32,000 nucleotides of DNA from Candidatus Wallbacteria bacterium (GTDB lineage Bacteria > Muiribacteriota > UBA9980), in the NCBI GenBank assembly GCA_041441465.1, contig JASDSY010000026.1, positions 210,969 to 242,968 on the forward strand, given 5' to 3'. Position numbers and translations under genes: made by a program. Below the pieces are notes generated by a model. That model searched no databases and was not told where the DNA came from. It was given only the letters and a program-made list of their open reading frames with translations. How positions within the stretch are numbered: the stretch's first letter is position 1; each line of letters starts with the position of its first letter. Of the stretch, positions 18,001 through 27,515 are shown piece by piece.

Positions 18001-21000
18001 GGCGTTCCTGAATAGTAAAAAGTAGATGACGCATCTGCGATATTTGAGTTTACGATTTTCATGTAAAGCGCGTTATCTGTTAATTTTATTTTCCCGAGGT
18101 CGTCTTTTACCTTCAAGATTATTACGGACAGTGAATCACCGACTGTCGAACCGCTTGGAGGAGTTTCAGAACCGGCAATTACATAAGGCGGCTTAGTGTC
18201 AAGCTGGAACTGCCAATTACCGCTAAATTCATGATTGTTCAAATCCGAGCCTTTAAGAGAAACCGAAATTGTGCCTTCCGGCAATATATTGAGCCCGGTC
18301 TTGTTGAATTTCAAAATTTTAGTGACAGTATCATATTCAAGGTAATTATTAGGCGAAGCATCCTGCAAAGTAAATGTGCGTCCGGTTAAATCCGGATATT
18401 GCAGAGATAATTTAATACTTGCCCCATCAATTCCTGAACCATTTTCGGCAAATTGAAATTCAAGGTCCTTGTTTTTCGTACGTCTTGCCGAAGCCGGCGG
18501 CTTAATCATATCCACCGTCGGCGCTTTAGTGTCAAGAAGGAACTGCCATGTTATAGGCTGACCCGTAAGCGGATTGGCGCAACGATCAAAACACCCGCTG
18601 ATTTGAACTTCGACCGTGCAATCATCAACGGCCGAGCCGTCCTTATATTTGCCAAAATCGGGTCTTACCAATAAAACATAAGTCTGCGGGTTATAAATTA
18701 TCGAGTTAATCTTAAATTCCTTGCTATTTGAAGCATTTCGAATCAAAACGGAAGAGGTTTCAATGCCTGAAGTAACATCTTTAAGTATGACTGAAATATA
18801 TGTACTTGCAGTATCAGAAATATAACTTCCCTGCTGAGGAATTTGATTATAAGCTATCGGCCTGACCGTATCGCAGACAAAAGTGAATTTATAATTAGGC
18901 GGAGTAATACCAGAAGGGCTGCCGGCGCCATTATAACCGGCGTTATCATTGCATTGCAGCAATTCTACAGTAACCGATCCTTCAGGGTATGGGTTGGCCG
19001 CTTTCGGCTTATAAGTTAATAACAATGATTTGGTATCATAATTGAGCTCAGGATCGACGCCGCATTGATAAACATTGCCAAGCACTTTGAGCTTAATTGT
19101 AGAAACATTAACTTGCGAGCCGCGGCCGTCGTCAATTTTTACCGAAATAGTGCCGTCGTTTTGATTAATATACTTAGCTTCAGTCTGGCTCAATAAAATT
19201 TCACTCGAGGCAGGCGATTTAAAAGTACCGTCTTCGTTATAATTTAGCTTATATTTATATATCAGCGTACTATCAAGTATTTTCGGCGCATTCAAATCGA
19301 CCGTAAATTTAAGCTTATAAGGTTTAGCCACGGCCGGCGACGCAGGAATTATCTTATAACTGTGGCCCGCGTTATCTTTTAATTCGAGCAAAGTAATTTC
19401 AGCCGTTCCGTCATCATATTCAGGAATAGGCTTAAATGTAAGTTTTTTACGATTAGGCTGACCTGCCGCCGGCGAGTCTTCAAGCGAAAGATTAGTTCCG
19501 ATTTCGACGGTATCGAAAGTTTTTTGTGAAACCACGCCGATTTCATAGTAAATCGGCAGCAAGCGTATTGAGTTTGTGTCAATACCAGACCCGAATTGGC
19601 CGTCATCTATATAAACTACTACTTCCTGTGTTTTTTGAGTCACAATGCCGTTATTAACAGGAGTGACTATGGAATAATCAAGCTCAGGCGCATTCAAATC
19701 GAGATAAAAATTCCAGCTGAGCGGATAAGGCGATGAAGTATAGTTCTGGCCGAGCTTATCTTTAGCCTGTTTGAGAGTAACATTGATTTTGCCTTCGCTA
19801 AGAGGTACACCGGTCGGAGCGGCAAATTTTAACACATGAGTAACGGTATCGTAAGTTAAACCGCTTCCAGCGATTATCTTAATATCGCCGCGATTATTAA
19901 CGCCGTTTTCAGTTATATTCAATATTACCGAGTTTGTGTCAATACCCGGGGAACCGCTTGCCGGTTCAAGCAATATTTTAATTTCATAATAAGCGTCATC
20001 GGCGATACTGCTGTTTATCAAAGGCTGAATTATCGAAGCTACCGGCGGCGCGCTCACTATTGAAAATGTATATTTCAGAGGTTTTGTGGAACCTGAATTA
20101 ACGATATAATCCCAGCCTGCATTATCCTGGGCAGTGTCCAAGGTTATTTCCCAGGTGCCTGCGGCAGAATATGCCGACGCGCTTGTAAATTTCAAGGTGT
20201 TAGCGCCGTTATATGTCAGCTGCGGATCGCCCCAATTATAGGATGTGCTAATATTCGACGGATTTTTAACCGTAATTTTAATAGTATTCAGATTGATGCC
20301 TGAACCAGTGCCGGCCGACGCGCCGCCGTAGTCATCAGTCAAGCTGAATAATACGTCAAAATTTGATTTATTGATGTAATTATTACCGTTAACAATCTGA
20401 ATATCAGGCGAAGTAAGGTTGGTAGCGATTCCGGAAGCTAACGGAGCTTTAGTATCAACTTTAAAGGACCATGAAACAAATGCAGGCAGGTCCTTAAATG
20501 TCTTTTTCTCCTTGGCATGTTTTAATATTACCGTATTGGTTCCTTCGTTCCAGCGGTAATCAACGTGCGCCGGGTCTAAAACATCGTTATTAGGCTTAAA
20601 TCGCAGCAATTTTGTAGCCTCGACATATTCGTAATAATAGCTTTCAGGACTTGCCGGAAACTGGGCCATATTGCCGTTATATAAAAATTCGACTGTCGAG
20701 GTGTCAATTCCAAAAGCATGGAAGAGTTTAATTCCGACTTCTACCGAGTTGTCTTTTACAATCGAGCCATCCGGCGGGTAAGGAAGAATCGCAGTCGGCG
20801 CGCTGTTATTTATATAAAACGTCCATTTATTAGTTGATTTTTTCTGAAGCGCATATTTAAAGGCGGAAGCATCGTTTATATCCAGAATCTCAACGGTGCA
20901 TGTGCATGAATCGCCTATCATCGCACCGGTAATGTTAGTATTTGGCAGCGAATAAGTAAACTTATAATTGCCGTTGCCGTTATTTACAATAGCGATAGCG

Positions 21001-24000
21001 CTTGTCGAAGTATCGGTAATCGAATTACCTGAAATATTTTGTAAAGTGAATTTGAATGAAAAATTATTGCCGGCAGTAAGATCAACGCCTGACGGCACAT
21101 CCCGCAAAATCCATTCTACTTTGGTAGAACCGACGCTTTGGGTATCAACGCCTATAGTGGTATTAGCCGCCGGAGTCCTTGAATCAGGCGTCAATCCGGC
21201 AGTTCCGTCAATCATCACAGGGCCTGTCGTATCGACATTAAACGACCAGACGCCAGGGTTTGGAGATATAAAATTCCCCGTCCTGTCTTTAGCTGAAATA
21301 TAAACGTCAATTTTGGAATCCGGCAGTGTGTTATTATAGCCTGCAAGATTAGGCGATAACACCGGGTCATATGTTAAAGTTCCATCGTTGGCGAATGTAA
21401 AATAAGAATTCAATGTGATACTATTTTCTATCGATGACGCTAATATTGAAGAAACAACAGATAATTTCACGGATGCGGTGTCAATACCGCGGCCGGTCAC
21501 ATCGTCTTTTAAAAGCGCGGTAATTTTGACTTTATTATCGCTTGTGGTTGCATTCAGCAGCGGCGTCGTGCCGGACGGAGTTGTAGCCGAAGTAGTATAG
21601 GTAAGTGTAGGATTAAGGCTGTCGGTATAGAAAGTCCACGAATACGGCAAAGTTTTTCCTGTCACAAAATAGGCATTGTTAGCATAATCTTTAGATGATT
21701 TCAATGTGACTGTAACGGTACCATTGGAATAATTTGGCGGCGGAGTAAATTTAAGCAGCTGATTTGTCTTGTCATAGGTAAGCGGTCCGCCCGGAGTGAT
21801 AGTATAATCAGTACCGCCGCCGCCGTTAAAAGCAACGTTTAAAGTAACTGAGTCCGGATTCACACCGGAAGGCGAGCCGGCCGGCGAGGCATTTTGTTTA
21901 TCCTTAAGCGAAAGCGTTATCGGATAATCGAGCCGATTTTCAAAAGAACCTTCAGCCGGATTAGGTGAAGACGCCAGCAATTCGACTTCGGGCGAAGTTA
22001 AATCCACATTAAACTGCCACGAATACGGAGTTAACAAATCCCAGCCTGCGCGGTTTTTACACGAATTAAGTTTAACAGCCACAGTACCTTCTACAAAATT
22101 AGGTGACGTTTCTTTCGAGCGCCAGCGGATAACATAAGCATCGGATAATTCCGATATTACAGTAACTTCGCCGGTCATTAATTTCAAAGTCGCGCCCTGA
22201 CGCACTTCGAAGCTTATAGAACTTGTGTCAAGCCCGGAATAAGTCTTCTTAACTTTAACAAAAACAGAATCGGTAGAGCCGCCTGTCGGATTAATATTAT
22301 TATCCGGTACAGCCGGGTAATAGCCTTTTTCCTGATTCAAAAACGAACCCTGCGGCGGCCACGGTGAATACGGAGCTACGTTTTTAACTTCGACAACTTC
22401 CATCCTGGAGCTGTCGATAACGAAATTCCATTTAGTCGGATAAGACAATAATTTATTGCCGGCGATATCCTGAGCCTTAACCTCGCAGGTATGCTGACCC
22501 TGAGCAAGATCGGATAACGGGTTAAAGGTAAATACTCCATTAGCGGAAACGGTAAGCGAACTTATTGTATATGCAGTATTATCTAATTTTAACTCAACCG
22601 AAGCGGTATCAATACCTGAAAGATTGTCGGTAAGCTTAAAGCTTATCACCGGGCGCGGAATTACACGAAAATCGTTTCCCGCAGGCGGTTCCGGTCCTGG
22701 CGACATTTCGGATATTTGAGGCAATGTAGCATCGAGATTAAAAAACCATTTATTAATATTCGGCGACGGAGTTTTTACTTTATTTTCCGTACTGTCCCAG
22801 TCCAGTATATTAGTCGCTTCATCTTGCGCTTCAAGCAATTCCACGCTGACACTGCCGTCGGCAAAGCTAATCGCCGAAGGCGTAAATTTAGAAGGCTCGA
22901 ACATAAGCCATTTAGTGGCCCAATCATAACTCAAACAGTTTAAAGCTGTAGTAAGCGACCAATTAGAGGAATTATTCGTAACTTTAAGTTTTAAAGTAGA
23001 AGCGACTATTCGTGTTATATCATCTGTAACTTTCATTTTGAGAATAGGCTGACGCGTATTTACCCATACTTCCTTGGTCGGTTCTGTATCCTGCGCCTGA
23101 GTGTATACGGTATGAGGGCCGCAGGTATCGCAGATAAAATGCCATATCAGCGGTCTTCCCTGAAGATCGTTATCAACTGTATCTTTAGCGTGATTTATGA
23201 TTATCGAATTGGTGCCGTCGCGATAATAACCGCCAAATGACCCGTATCCGTTATTTTTCACAGGATCGAACAAAAGCTGCTGATATGTGAGCGATCCTGA
23301 AGTTTCATCGTAATAAAGATATGGATTCACTGCGCTGCTTGCCGTGGTCGGCTTAATTTTCAATTCGCCGATACCGGGCACAAGCGAAGATGGATCATAA
23401 CTTATATCGCGGTTTAATACCCAGAATTCTATTTCTGAAGTTTTAATAACGTTATTAGGCGGAACTGCTTCGCTCCATATTTTAGATGAAATGATAAATT
23501 TATTATTTTTAAATTTTGAATAATCAGGCGTTTTAGACGGATATATAGGGTCGGCAAGAGGGCCGAGAGTGTTAATCTTAAATTGTAATTCCTTTGTGCC
23601 TTCAGTGTTTCCAAGGTTATCCCACACCTGTATGCGCACGACGACAGGGTCCGTATCATGCGCAAAAACCGGATTAGTATTTGTGGTATGGTCAAAAATC
23701 ACATCGTTGCCGGACAGTGTAATTCGCGGATCGTCAGTTTTCCCTGCGACATTTCTAAAGTAATAATAATCAACACCCTTAAAATGTATCTGAATGGAAA
23801 CGGTGCCACTCATACCGCAGCCGATTTCGTCATAAGCGAGTTTCATATTAAAAGTCACGCTGTTAGTGCTCGAGTTATTAGAAGGAATGCAATTTGCCAG
23901 ATTTAAAGCCGGCGCGCTGTTATCAATGAAAAATGTTTCAGCGGTATTTGAAGTGCTGTCTACAGGTTTTAAAAATGAATCATAAGCCTGCAAAAGCACT

Positions 24001-27000
24001 ACATCAATAGTTCCAAAATTAGAAGATGTAATGTAATCGGAAGTCGGAATAAAGGTCAAAACCGGCATTGAAAATGAAAGACTAGCGTTACTGCCGGGAA
24101 CAATAGGGCCATATTTAGTTCCCTGCACTTTAAGTTCAATCGTGCCTACCGATGAGTCATCATCAGTTATATTGGCGGTAATTTTTGCCAGCGTATCGTT
24201 AACATATTTATTGAATTTTTTCTTACCGGCGGTAACCGGAGTAATTGTCCAGCCGGAAACTTGCGGGCCGTCATCAGAATGAACGCCATACTTTATTACT
24301 CTCTTCTCGGCCGCGATGGCATTACCGGCAAAATCCACGAGAGTTGATTTGATCCAGACTTCAACCGAATTACCGGGAGCGCATCCGGTATCATCATATT
24401 GCAAAACATATTTAGTCGTCGTGCCTTCCGCCGGCGCGTTTACCAAAGTAGGAGAGACAGTGGAAACGACTGTCGCCCCGTTATCCTTGGTGAACCTAAT
24501 TTCAAAATCAGTGTTCGGCGACACGGCAGTCCTGAAATTATCTGTTATATCGACTTCTACCGTACGATTAGCGCTTCTTTTAAGAAAACTTGAATAAGAG
24601 TCGCTCGATGGATTACCAAAAGGTTTATAATTAGCGCTTAATGAAGCTTCAGCACCGGTCGGCGCAGTCGTATCGACATAAAAACTCCACGAATAAGGAT
24701 TAGGAGTTTTTAAAGTATTTCCCCAATAATCGACAGCTTTTGTAACTTTAAAAGTGTTCGGCCCGGAGCCTACAGCTACGCCTGGAATTAAGGTCGCATC
24801 CATATGGCTGCCGACAGGGCTGCCGGATGCGTTAACCGTAACGCCGTTAGCGGTCGTATATGTATTAGCGCCTATAGATAATTCAATCGAAGTATCGGTA
24901 ATGGCAGTATCATTATCAATTATAGTGGTTTCAATTTTCGGGGTATCATCATTAGTTACGTATTCGCCTGTAACAAGCGTTTTAGATATCAGAGTGTTGT
25001 TTTTATCATATATTTTAAAGACATTCTGCGCGGTAGGTCCCCCTGAGTTATGAATGAAATATGAAAGCTTCGGGTTCTGTTCAGGCGCAATTCCACTGCT
25101 GCCGCCGACAGAAGTATTCATATAATTTCCGGCAGCATCACATCCGCTGATCCATACTTTTATAGGCCATTCGCCATCGGTCGGATCGGGTTCGCTTAAT
25201 GTAAAGGAATAATCATAACTTGCCGCAATCGCCGTATTGGTAGCATTAGCGATTATAGTTTGATATTCGCCGGAATCAATGCTGCCGTTATTGTTTTTAT
25301 CTATCCACACTTCTGCGGTAACTGAATTTGCGCATTGAATATTGTCGGTTACCTTAAATTTTATCGTACGGTTAGTAAATAAGAGGTGCTTGCCGCTTAT
25401 ATTAGAAAAATCAGTAGGATCTATAGTTACATCTGACGGTGAAGTTTTATCGTAAATTGTGGTTTTCACATCTGAATATTTTGAAAACGAATATTTATCG
25501 CCAGTCTGGACGCGATAATAATATTTTCCCTCACCTTTTGTAACAATGTCGGGCGTATATGTCGCGGCCGCTCCGGCGACTACGCCGCTGTCAACAATAT
25601 CGGCAAAGTCTTTAAAATCAGGGTTCACTTCTTTAGAAAACTGAACATGGTAGAAACTTTGCGCGTCGCCGTCGGGATCGGAATGTGTCCACGTAAGGCC
25701 CGTATTGGATTTTATGAAATCAGGAAGTACGGTAACAGAAGGTTGATTCGGCGCCTTCGAAGTAAAATAAACATAAGTCGCGCCTTTTTTATCGTTCGGA
25801 AAAACAGACTCAGTCGAAGGCCAGCCGGCTACCTCGCCGACAATAAGCTGAGAACGTGAGCCGCTGTTTAAGTTTCCTATTGCAAGGCCAAATCCGAAAA
25901 AAGAATTTTCCTGAATTCTTTTGAAATTACCCTCGGTTTTGAAAGTCGAATGATAAAACGGCTTCGTATTGTCGCCAAGGTTAAGAGTAGTGCCTGCCGC
26001 ATAATTAAGGCCGTGAACCAAATAAACGAGGCCTGATTTAAAAGCCGAATAATCGTTTTTTCCGGTTATTTCAGATCCGAGCGGGGCAGAAACAGCGATA
26101 TCGTCCAGGCCGTCGCCGTTTATATCGCCGCAGGCAAGCGAATATCCCATAAGTTCAACCGAGTAAGCCGCCTGAATGTTTATTTCAAAACTCGAGGCTG
26201 CCATAGTATAACTGTTTCCGGCTGTATAAAGCGAGCTCATAATATCGCCGCCATAAAATACCTTCACACTGCTGTTGGTAGAAGTTGAATAGGACGAAAT
26301 TACTATGTCTGACTTATCTGCGCTTGAGTTATGGAATTTACCGGATGTCATGGCATGGCCAAACCCGCCCGGCGCAGTTCCGGTTATAAATTTAACGTTA
26401 TTAATCGAAGTCAACGCTTCGTTAGTATCGGTAGCGCTCCAGCCGTTTGAAGTATTGCCGACTGTAGCGTCAGGAATGATCGTAACACGCCCATTTGAGG
26501 AATAATCAGGCTCGCCGATTAATAATTCTTTTTTTGTATCTGAAGAATTGCCGTAAACATTCGATGCCATAACGGAAGCGCCAAAACCGGTAGCGCCGGA
26601 AGTATTTTTTATGATATAGCCGTCGCTTATTGTCATATTGGCGGCATCAATAATAGTCGGATCATTGCCCGGCACATGAGACGCAAAAGCCGTTTTTCCC
26701 TTTATTACATAAACCGCGCCTTTACCGGAATCATAACCTGGGCAGCCGATTATTATATCATCGACGCCGTCGTTATTGACATCGCCGCTGGCCAGAGAAA
26801 TGCCAAGCCTTTGCGGAGACGCCGAATTGAGTATTGAAATATTGCCGCCGCTGATATTTTGAATTCTTACTGCAAAATTTTTCATATCGTTAGCGTTGGA
26901 CATGTTAATAACGTTACCGCTTGTATTTGAAATAGGGACATTCGTCGAAGCTATAGGGTTAAAAGTGCCTAAACGTTGGAATAAAATCAATACTTCAGAA

Positions 27001-27515
27001 GCTCCGGCAGTTTTGGCGCAAGCCATAATAACAGCTTTTTTTCCGTTAATAGTTCCCGAAGTCACCGCATAGCCAAGAAAGTCGCCGACATTTCCCCAAA
27101 TATACCCGACTGAACTACCCGAAGTGTAGTTACCGAAAGTTTTATAAAAATTAGAATCAGGCGAAGTTGCGCTGACAGGACCGAAAGCTACGGTTAAAAG
27201 CCCATTGCAATTATTATTGGAACCGCCCCAATCGCCGAAATGATACGGCGCAGCCATTATCAAATCGTTATTTCCGTCTCCGTTAAAGTCGAGCACCATA
27301 GGCCGGCCGCCGGCATACCTGAAAGTTTCGTTAAAATAATCATTGGCATAAAATATTTTAACGTCGGTATTTTGAGGCGTATAATAAGGCGAAACACTGC
27401 TGTTGGAATTGACGGTATCCACATATTGAAACGCATAAGAAAAGTCAGGAATTAAAAAAAACAGAAGCCCGAAAGTAAAAACACCGGTTAAAAATAAGGC
27501 CATAGTTTTTTTCAT
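12042..27515 (-). CDS. giant secreted surface or adhesin-like protein (about 5,157 aa): FG-GAP propeller, FN3-like domain, about 30 tandem Ig-like modules, duplicated C-terminal supermodule
   Basis: A single uninterrupted 15.5-kb ORF. The track starts it at GTG 27527. I prefer ATG 27515 because GGAAGGTG lies 9 nt upstream of it.
- Sec signal peptide: MKKTMALFLTGVFTFGLLFFLIPDFSYA|FQ.
- Integrin-alpha-type FG-GAP/Ca-binding loops, aa about 60-590: DFNGDGNNDLIMAAP, GDVNNDGVDDIIIGCPGYDSGKGAVYVI, GDINGDGLDDIAVSAP, FGFGLAIGNLNSGSRSQLIVG.
- Recurrent Ig-like module endings of the form D-x-A-G-N ... W-x-F-x-x-D-x-x-x-P. Confidence 0.92.
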   Translation of the reverse strand: MKKTMALFLTGVFTFGLLFFLIPDFSYAFQYVDTVNSNSSVSPYYTPQNTDVKIFYANDYFNETFRYAGGRPMVLDFNGDGNNDLIMAAPYHFGDWGGSNNNCNGLLTVAFGPVSATSPDSNFYKTFGNYTSGSSVGYIWGNVGDFLGYAVTSGTINGKKAVIMACAKTAGASEVLILFQRLGTFNPIASTNVPISNTSGNVINMSNANDMKNFAVRIQNISGGNISILNSASPQRLGISLASGDVNNDGVDDIIIGCPGYDSGKGAVYVIKGKTAFASHVPGNDPTIIDAANMTISDGYIIKNTSGATGFGASVMASNVYGNSSDTKKELLIGEPDYSSNGRVTIIPDATVGNTSNGWSATDTNEALTSINNVKFITGTAPGGFGHAMTSGKFHNSSADKSDIVISSYSTSTNSSVKVFYGGDIMSSLYTAGNSYTMAASSFEINIQAAYSVELMGYSLACGDINGDGLDDIAVSAPLGSEITGKNDYSAFKSGLVYLVHGLNYAAGTTLNLGDNTKPFYHSTFKTEGNFKRIQENSFFGFGLAIGNLNSGSRSQLIVGEVAGWPSTESVFPNDKKGATYVYFTSKAPNQPSVTVLPDFIKSNTGLTWTHSDPDGDAQSFYHVQFSKEVNPDFKDFADIVDSGVVAGAAATYTPDIVTKGEGKYYYRVQTGDKYSFSKYSDVKTTIYDKTSPSDVTIDPTDFSNISGKHLLFTNRTIKFKVTDNIQCANSVTAEVWIDKNNNGSIDSGEYQTIIANATNTAIAASYDYSFTLSEPDPTDGEWPIKVWISGCDAAGNYMNTSVGGSSGIAPEQNPKLSYFIHNSGGPTAQNVFKIYDKNNTLISKTLVTGEYVTNDDTPKIETTIIDNDTAITDTSIELSIGANTYTTANGVTVNASGSPVGSHMDATLIPGVAVGSGPNTFKVTKAVDYWGNTLKTPNPYSWSFYVDTTAPTGAEASLSANYKPFGNPSSDSYSSFLKRSANRTVEVDITDNFRTAVSPNTDFEIRFTKDNGATVVSTVSPTLVNAPAEGTTTKYVLQYDDTGCAPGNSVEVWIKSTLVDFAGNAIAAEKRVIKYGVHSDDGPQVSGWTITPVTAGKKKFNKYVNDTLAKITANITDDDSSVGTIELKVQGTKYGPIVPGSNASLSFSMPVLTFIPTSDYITSSNFGTIDVVLLQAYDSFLKPVDSTSNTAETFFIDNSAPALNLANCIPSNNSSTNSVTFNMKLAYDEIGCGMSGTVSIQIHFKGVDYYYFRNVAGKTDDPRITLSGNDVIFDHTTNTNPVFAHDTDPVVVRIQVWDNLGNTEGTKELQFKINTLGPLADPIYPSKTPDYSKFKNNKFIISSKIWSEAVPPNNVIKTSEIEFWVLNRDISYDPSSLVPGIGELKIKPTTASSAVNPYLYYDETSGSLTYQQLLFDPVKNNGYGSFGGYYRDGTNSIIINHAKDTVDNDLQGRPLIWHFICDTCGPHTVYTQAQDTEPTKEVWVNTRQPILKMKVTDDITRIVASTLKLKVTNNSSNWSLTTALNCLSYDWATKWLMFEPSKFTPSAISFADGSVSVELLEAQDEATNILDWDSTENKVKTPSPNINKWFFNLDATLPQISEMSPGPEPPAGNDFRVIPRPVISFKLTDNLSGIDTASVELKLDNTAYTISSLTVSANGVFTFNPLSDLAQGQHTCEVKAQDIAGNKLLSYPTKWNFVIDSSRMEVVEVKNVAPYSPWPPQGSFLNQEKGYYPAVPDNNINPTGGSTDSVFVKVKKTYSGLDTSSISFEVRQGATLKLMTGEVTVISELSDAYVIRWRSKETSPNFVEGTVAVKLNSCKNRAGWDLLTPYSWQFNVDLTSPEVELLASSPNPAEGSFENRLDYPITLSLKDKQNASPAGSPSGVNPDSVTLNVAFNGGGGTDYTITPGGPLTYDKTNQLLKFTPPPNYSNGTVTVTLKSSKDYANNAYFVTGKTLPYSWTFYTDSLNPTLTYTTSATTPSGTTPLLNATTSDNKVKITALLKDDVTGRGIDTASVKLSVVSSILASSIENSITLNSYFTFANDGTLTYDPVLSPNLAGYNNTLPDSKIDVYISAKDRTGNFISPNPGVWSFNVDTTGPVMIDGTAGLTPDSRTPAANTTIGVDTQSVGSTKVEWILRDVPSGVDLTAGNNFSFKFTLQNISGNSITDTSTSAIAIVNNGNGNYKFTYSLPNTNITGAMIGDSCTCTVEILDINDASAFKYALQKKSTNKWTFYINNSAPTAILPYPPDGSIVKDNSVEVGIKLFHAFGIDTSTVEFLYNGNMAQFPASPESYYYEYVEATKLLRFKPNNDVLDPAHVDYRWNEGTNTVILKHAKEKKTFKDLPAFVSWSFKVDTKAPLASGIATNLTSPDIQIVNGNNYINKSNFDVLFSLTDDYGGASAGTGSGINLNTIKITVKNPSNISTSYNWGDPQLTYNGANTLKFTSASAYSAAGTWEITLDTAQDNAGWDYIVNSGSTKPLKYTFSIVSAPPVASIIQPLINSSIADDAYYEIKILLEPASGSPGIDTNSVILNITENGVNNRGDIKIIAGSGLTYDTVTHVLKFAAPTGVPLSEGKINVTLKQAKDKLGQNYTSSPYPLSWNFYLDLNAPELDYSIVTPVNNGIVTQKTQEVVVYIDDGQFGSGIDTNSIRLLPIYYEIGVVSQKTFDTVEIGTNLSLEDSPAAGQPNRKKLTFKPIPEYDDGTAEITLLELKDNAGHSYKIIPASPAVAKPYKLKFTVDLNAPKILDSTLIYKYKLNYNEDGTFKSPASSEILLSQTEAKYINQNDGTISVKIDDGRGSQVNVSTIKLKVLGNVYQCGVDPELNYDTKSLLLTYKPKAANPYPEGSVTVELLQCNDNAGYNGAGSPSGITPPNYKFTFVCDTVRPIAYNQIPQQGSYISDTASTYISVILKDVTSGIETSSVLIRNASNSKEFKINSIIYNPQTYVLLVRPDFGKYKDGSAVDDCTVEVQISGCFDRCANPLTGQPITWQFLLDTKAPTVDMIKPPASARRTKNKDLEFQFAENGSGIDGASIKLSLQYPDLTGRTFTLQDASPNNYLEYDTVTKILKFNKTGLNILPEGTISVSLKGSDLNNHEFSGNWQFQLDTKPPYVIAGSETPPSGSTVGDSLSVIILKVKDDLGKIKLTDNALYMKIVNSNIADASSTFYYSGTPGSPVTFNEDSGEIRFIPENFSGYTNGKKGFSDGPVDIYVTVKDDLENTLSNYHWSFNVNSSTPYVTGSKLVWSSGEAKSGDIINKLGKDTAVLRFDLKTSNSTLLDKSSIRVSINGGAEQAVNDSTIKYTAKGSPLGVTGSLEIAVNSFSLLDNDGPVTVTLKTLKNDLNVAMPTPYNFSFTVDNTGPAVVSVEPADNSVVTNAAVSVKVKINEVNDVDLTQTTFVVNGHEITNSGMSYDKPTKLITFNIASTVLTKYSAGLNNIALKEVKDIAGNSLQNKPKQWKFYVSEAGPAVYLDSFTPKDITTANSNSIISFKLNQTGAITGVTEINDSSFNVTVKNIKSSGGETSWNIIGTDEVHGVTYNKSTFVYSIDPVKYIGSGVNPISTLFEDGTITVTINEVKNFAGNSLQAKPIQWSYYLDKKGPYVVTNSLLCGSIENTISSKSPVLKFAVRDYNNKSNIDKLSFKMGIQYYTSKDTTTEVPILSNDVRISYSVELGEFIFDPSKSSPVLTLPDGTATVVLKELTDSLGNILEPGSKNSFSFVVNTLGPIARNPWPSSGNVVKLTDEISFALSSEISLIDVSKPVKVVVNSKEYSTISDSSLFDISGINNSSKQYRLILKVSQIPASYRPGSGQVTCAITDAYDLLGNRIRPSDDSRLGASNSWSFINDVTPPVMSMPYPPNRGVIGVSDTTVSVTIIDSYSKVKTDSIKIRVNETNEITIPAGNFNSAAGKMEYKLQLNSMVNGINTLEVTAVSDELGNAITKSYIWNVYYDKEPPFVAAGSMSPANGSIGNTLRPTISFELKDNPQAIFGVSYTGDINSSTIRVRIRNIDFGGNVKADKTLKVGDPGVIYFKPKVSIDVASAGLTFSEGSCEITVLGGSVDGVADSYGNRMVSDYKSVFAMIASGPYVFGDTTPARNSTVTNNKQVIKMQLTSDKSQIKLSTLKLAVGGITYSYNAGSTLITYTDSDDTLTFNPTAGGITLREGSIEVKIIACEDELGNKLQADTLGLNPWYFKVDTTGPTATVGANPSSPNYPTSIAVTAKPNETIVGVPRLKAKFGTSAPIEIPIVPIIIDSVTYYTGTLEASSITAEPVTFIFAGKDSNGNETETEVKNLSLAKTKISMPYNIKPQKYYFFSLPLVPVSTDVNTMFSALTPGTYTIWDGIGSSSKVTTTIKPGVGYWLFSSASSDIALEAGGYEMSSPMTKFEIDLKPGWNMVAIPYAARVNAEKCTIFKKFSNGSTSEVPVFSVQNTFTDHAFWSYDYDYNLKTTFSLNHRTGHLMPFCGYYIYSNEYCVLRIPPVFVTNEEVNKYPIPPYGLTLQKSPSDDKNLWYKVSVACQNFKDDYNYFGLSEFASENLANDVELDVMKPYAKELARGGYISSYFNLVKDGTKYASYFQKVEAVRKRWNFNVETDSANQKATISWQALRDTITTFDYELILYDKTDGSTVDMKKYSSYTFTTSAAARQFSIIFNPVGTGGSGGGQSDTTPPKVLSYAPYNNQENVSLTTTLNVYFDKKLNSSTTYNSITLNDLSSGAIVKGKIYYNDSLYEVAFKPDVNLAQGTSYQAVIENIKDNAGNTMTKTIWRFSTAAVDSEDKNVSFSVSKGWNMISVPLYPKAKTIPEIFSSITSQFILYGRKGNQILIYNGDYLDSPMAVEPGRGYWLYMNNDSSIEVKIDGNTLPSTAAYFEIPLVKGFNQLAVPFNYSNNETVNNLNFKFRLNDANASVDDVYVATGKGVIRNNIYTFNKSGVSGSIVTGLLTDTTFKLKKTDAFFIYSNVDNLILRIYRVPQTALSSKKLMALAAKYPNLQRFIGAPAGGRSPKITLDESKYWRVNIGIETANKQFTDSCGFFGIDYVGEDGIDMCDVIKLMPPDPYVAMYFNKTAAGESYVLSSDVRAPLTSPAGSGTASLKWSFDVVSRGVDYQDGYLYWDAKAMPAAGTFMLVDKTLNTETDMRKNPRYKLAIDGNKHNFEIIYTPEMK
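14640..25451 (-). repeat. coding array of about 30 diverged tandem Ig-like (Big_5/SbsA-type) modules, about 100-130 aa each, inside the giant gene
   Basis: I counted 29 module boundaries, for example YSWSFYVDTTAPTG, YSWQFNVDLTSPEV, GVWSFNVDTTGPVM, VSWSFKVDTKAPLA, ITWQFLLDTKAPTV, NPWYFKVDTTGPTA. Each is preceded by a D-x-[AL]-G-N-like motif (KDNAGHSY, KDIAGNSL, QDIAGNKL and others). The repeats are diverged at the DNA level, and I saw no near-identical nucleotide copies. The Pfam family name is from memory of the motif. Confidence 0.7.

Noticed and set aside
12641-27455. About 25 short ORFs (61-126 aa) on both strands inside the giant gene.
   Set aside because: They are fully embedded in or antisense to a 5,160-codon ORF with coherent domain structure. 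Their translations are low complexity or Arg/Ser-rich with no motifs or RBS. They are typical shadow ORFs.
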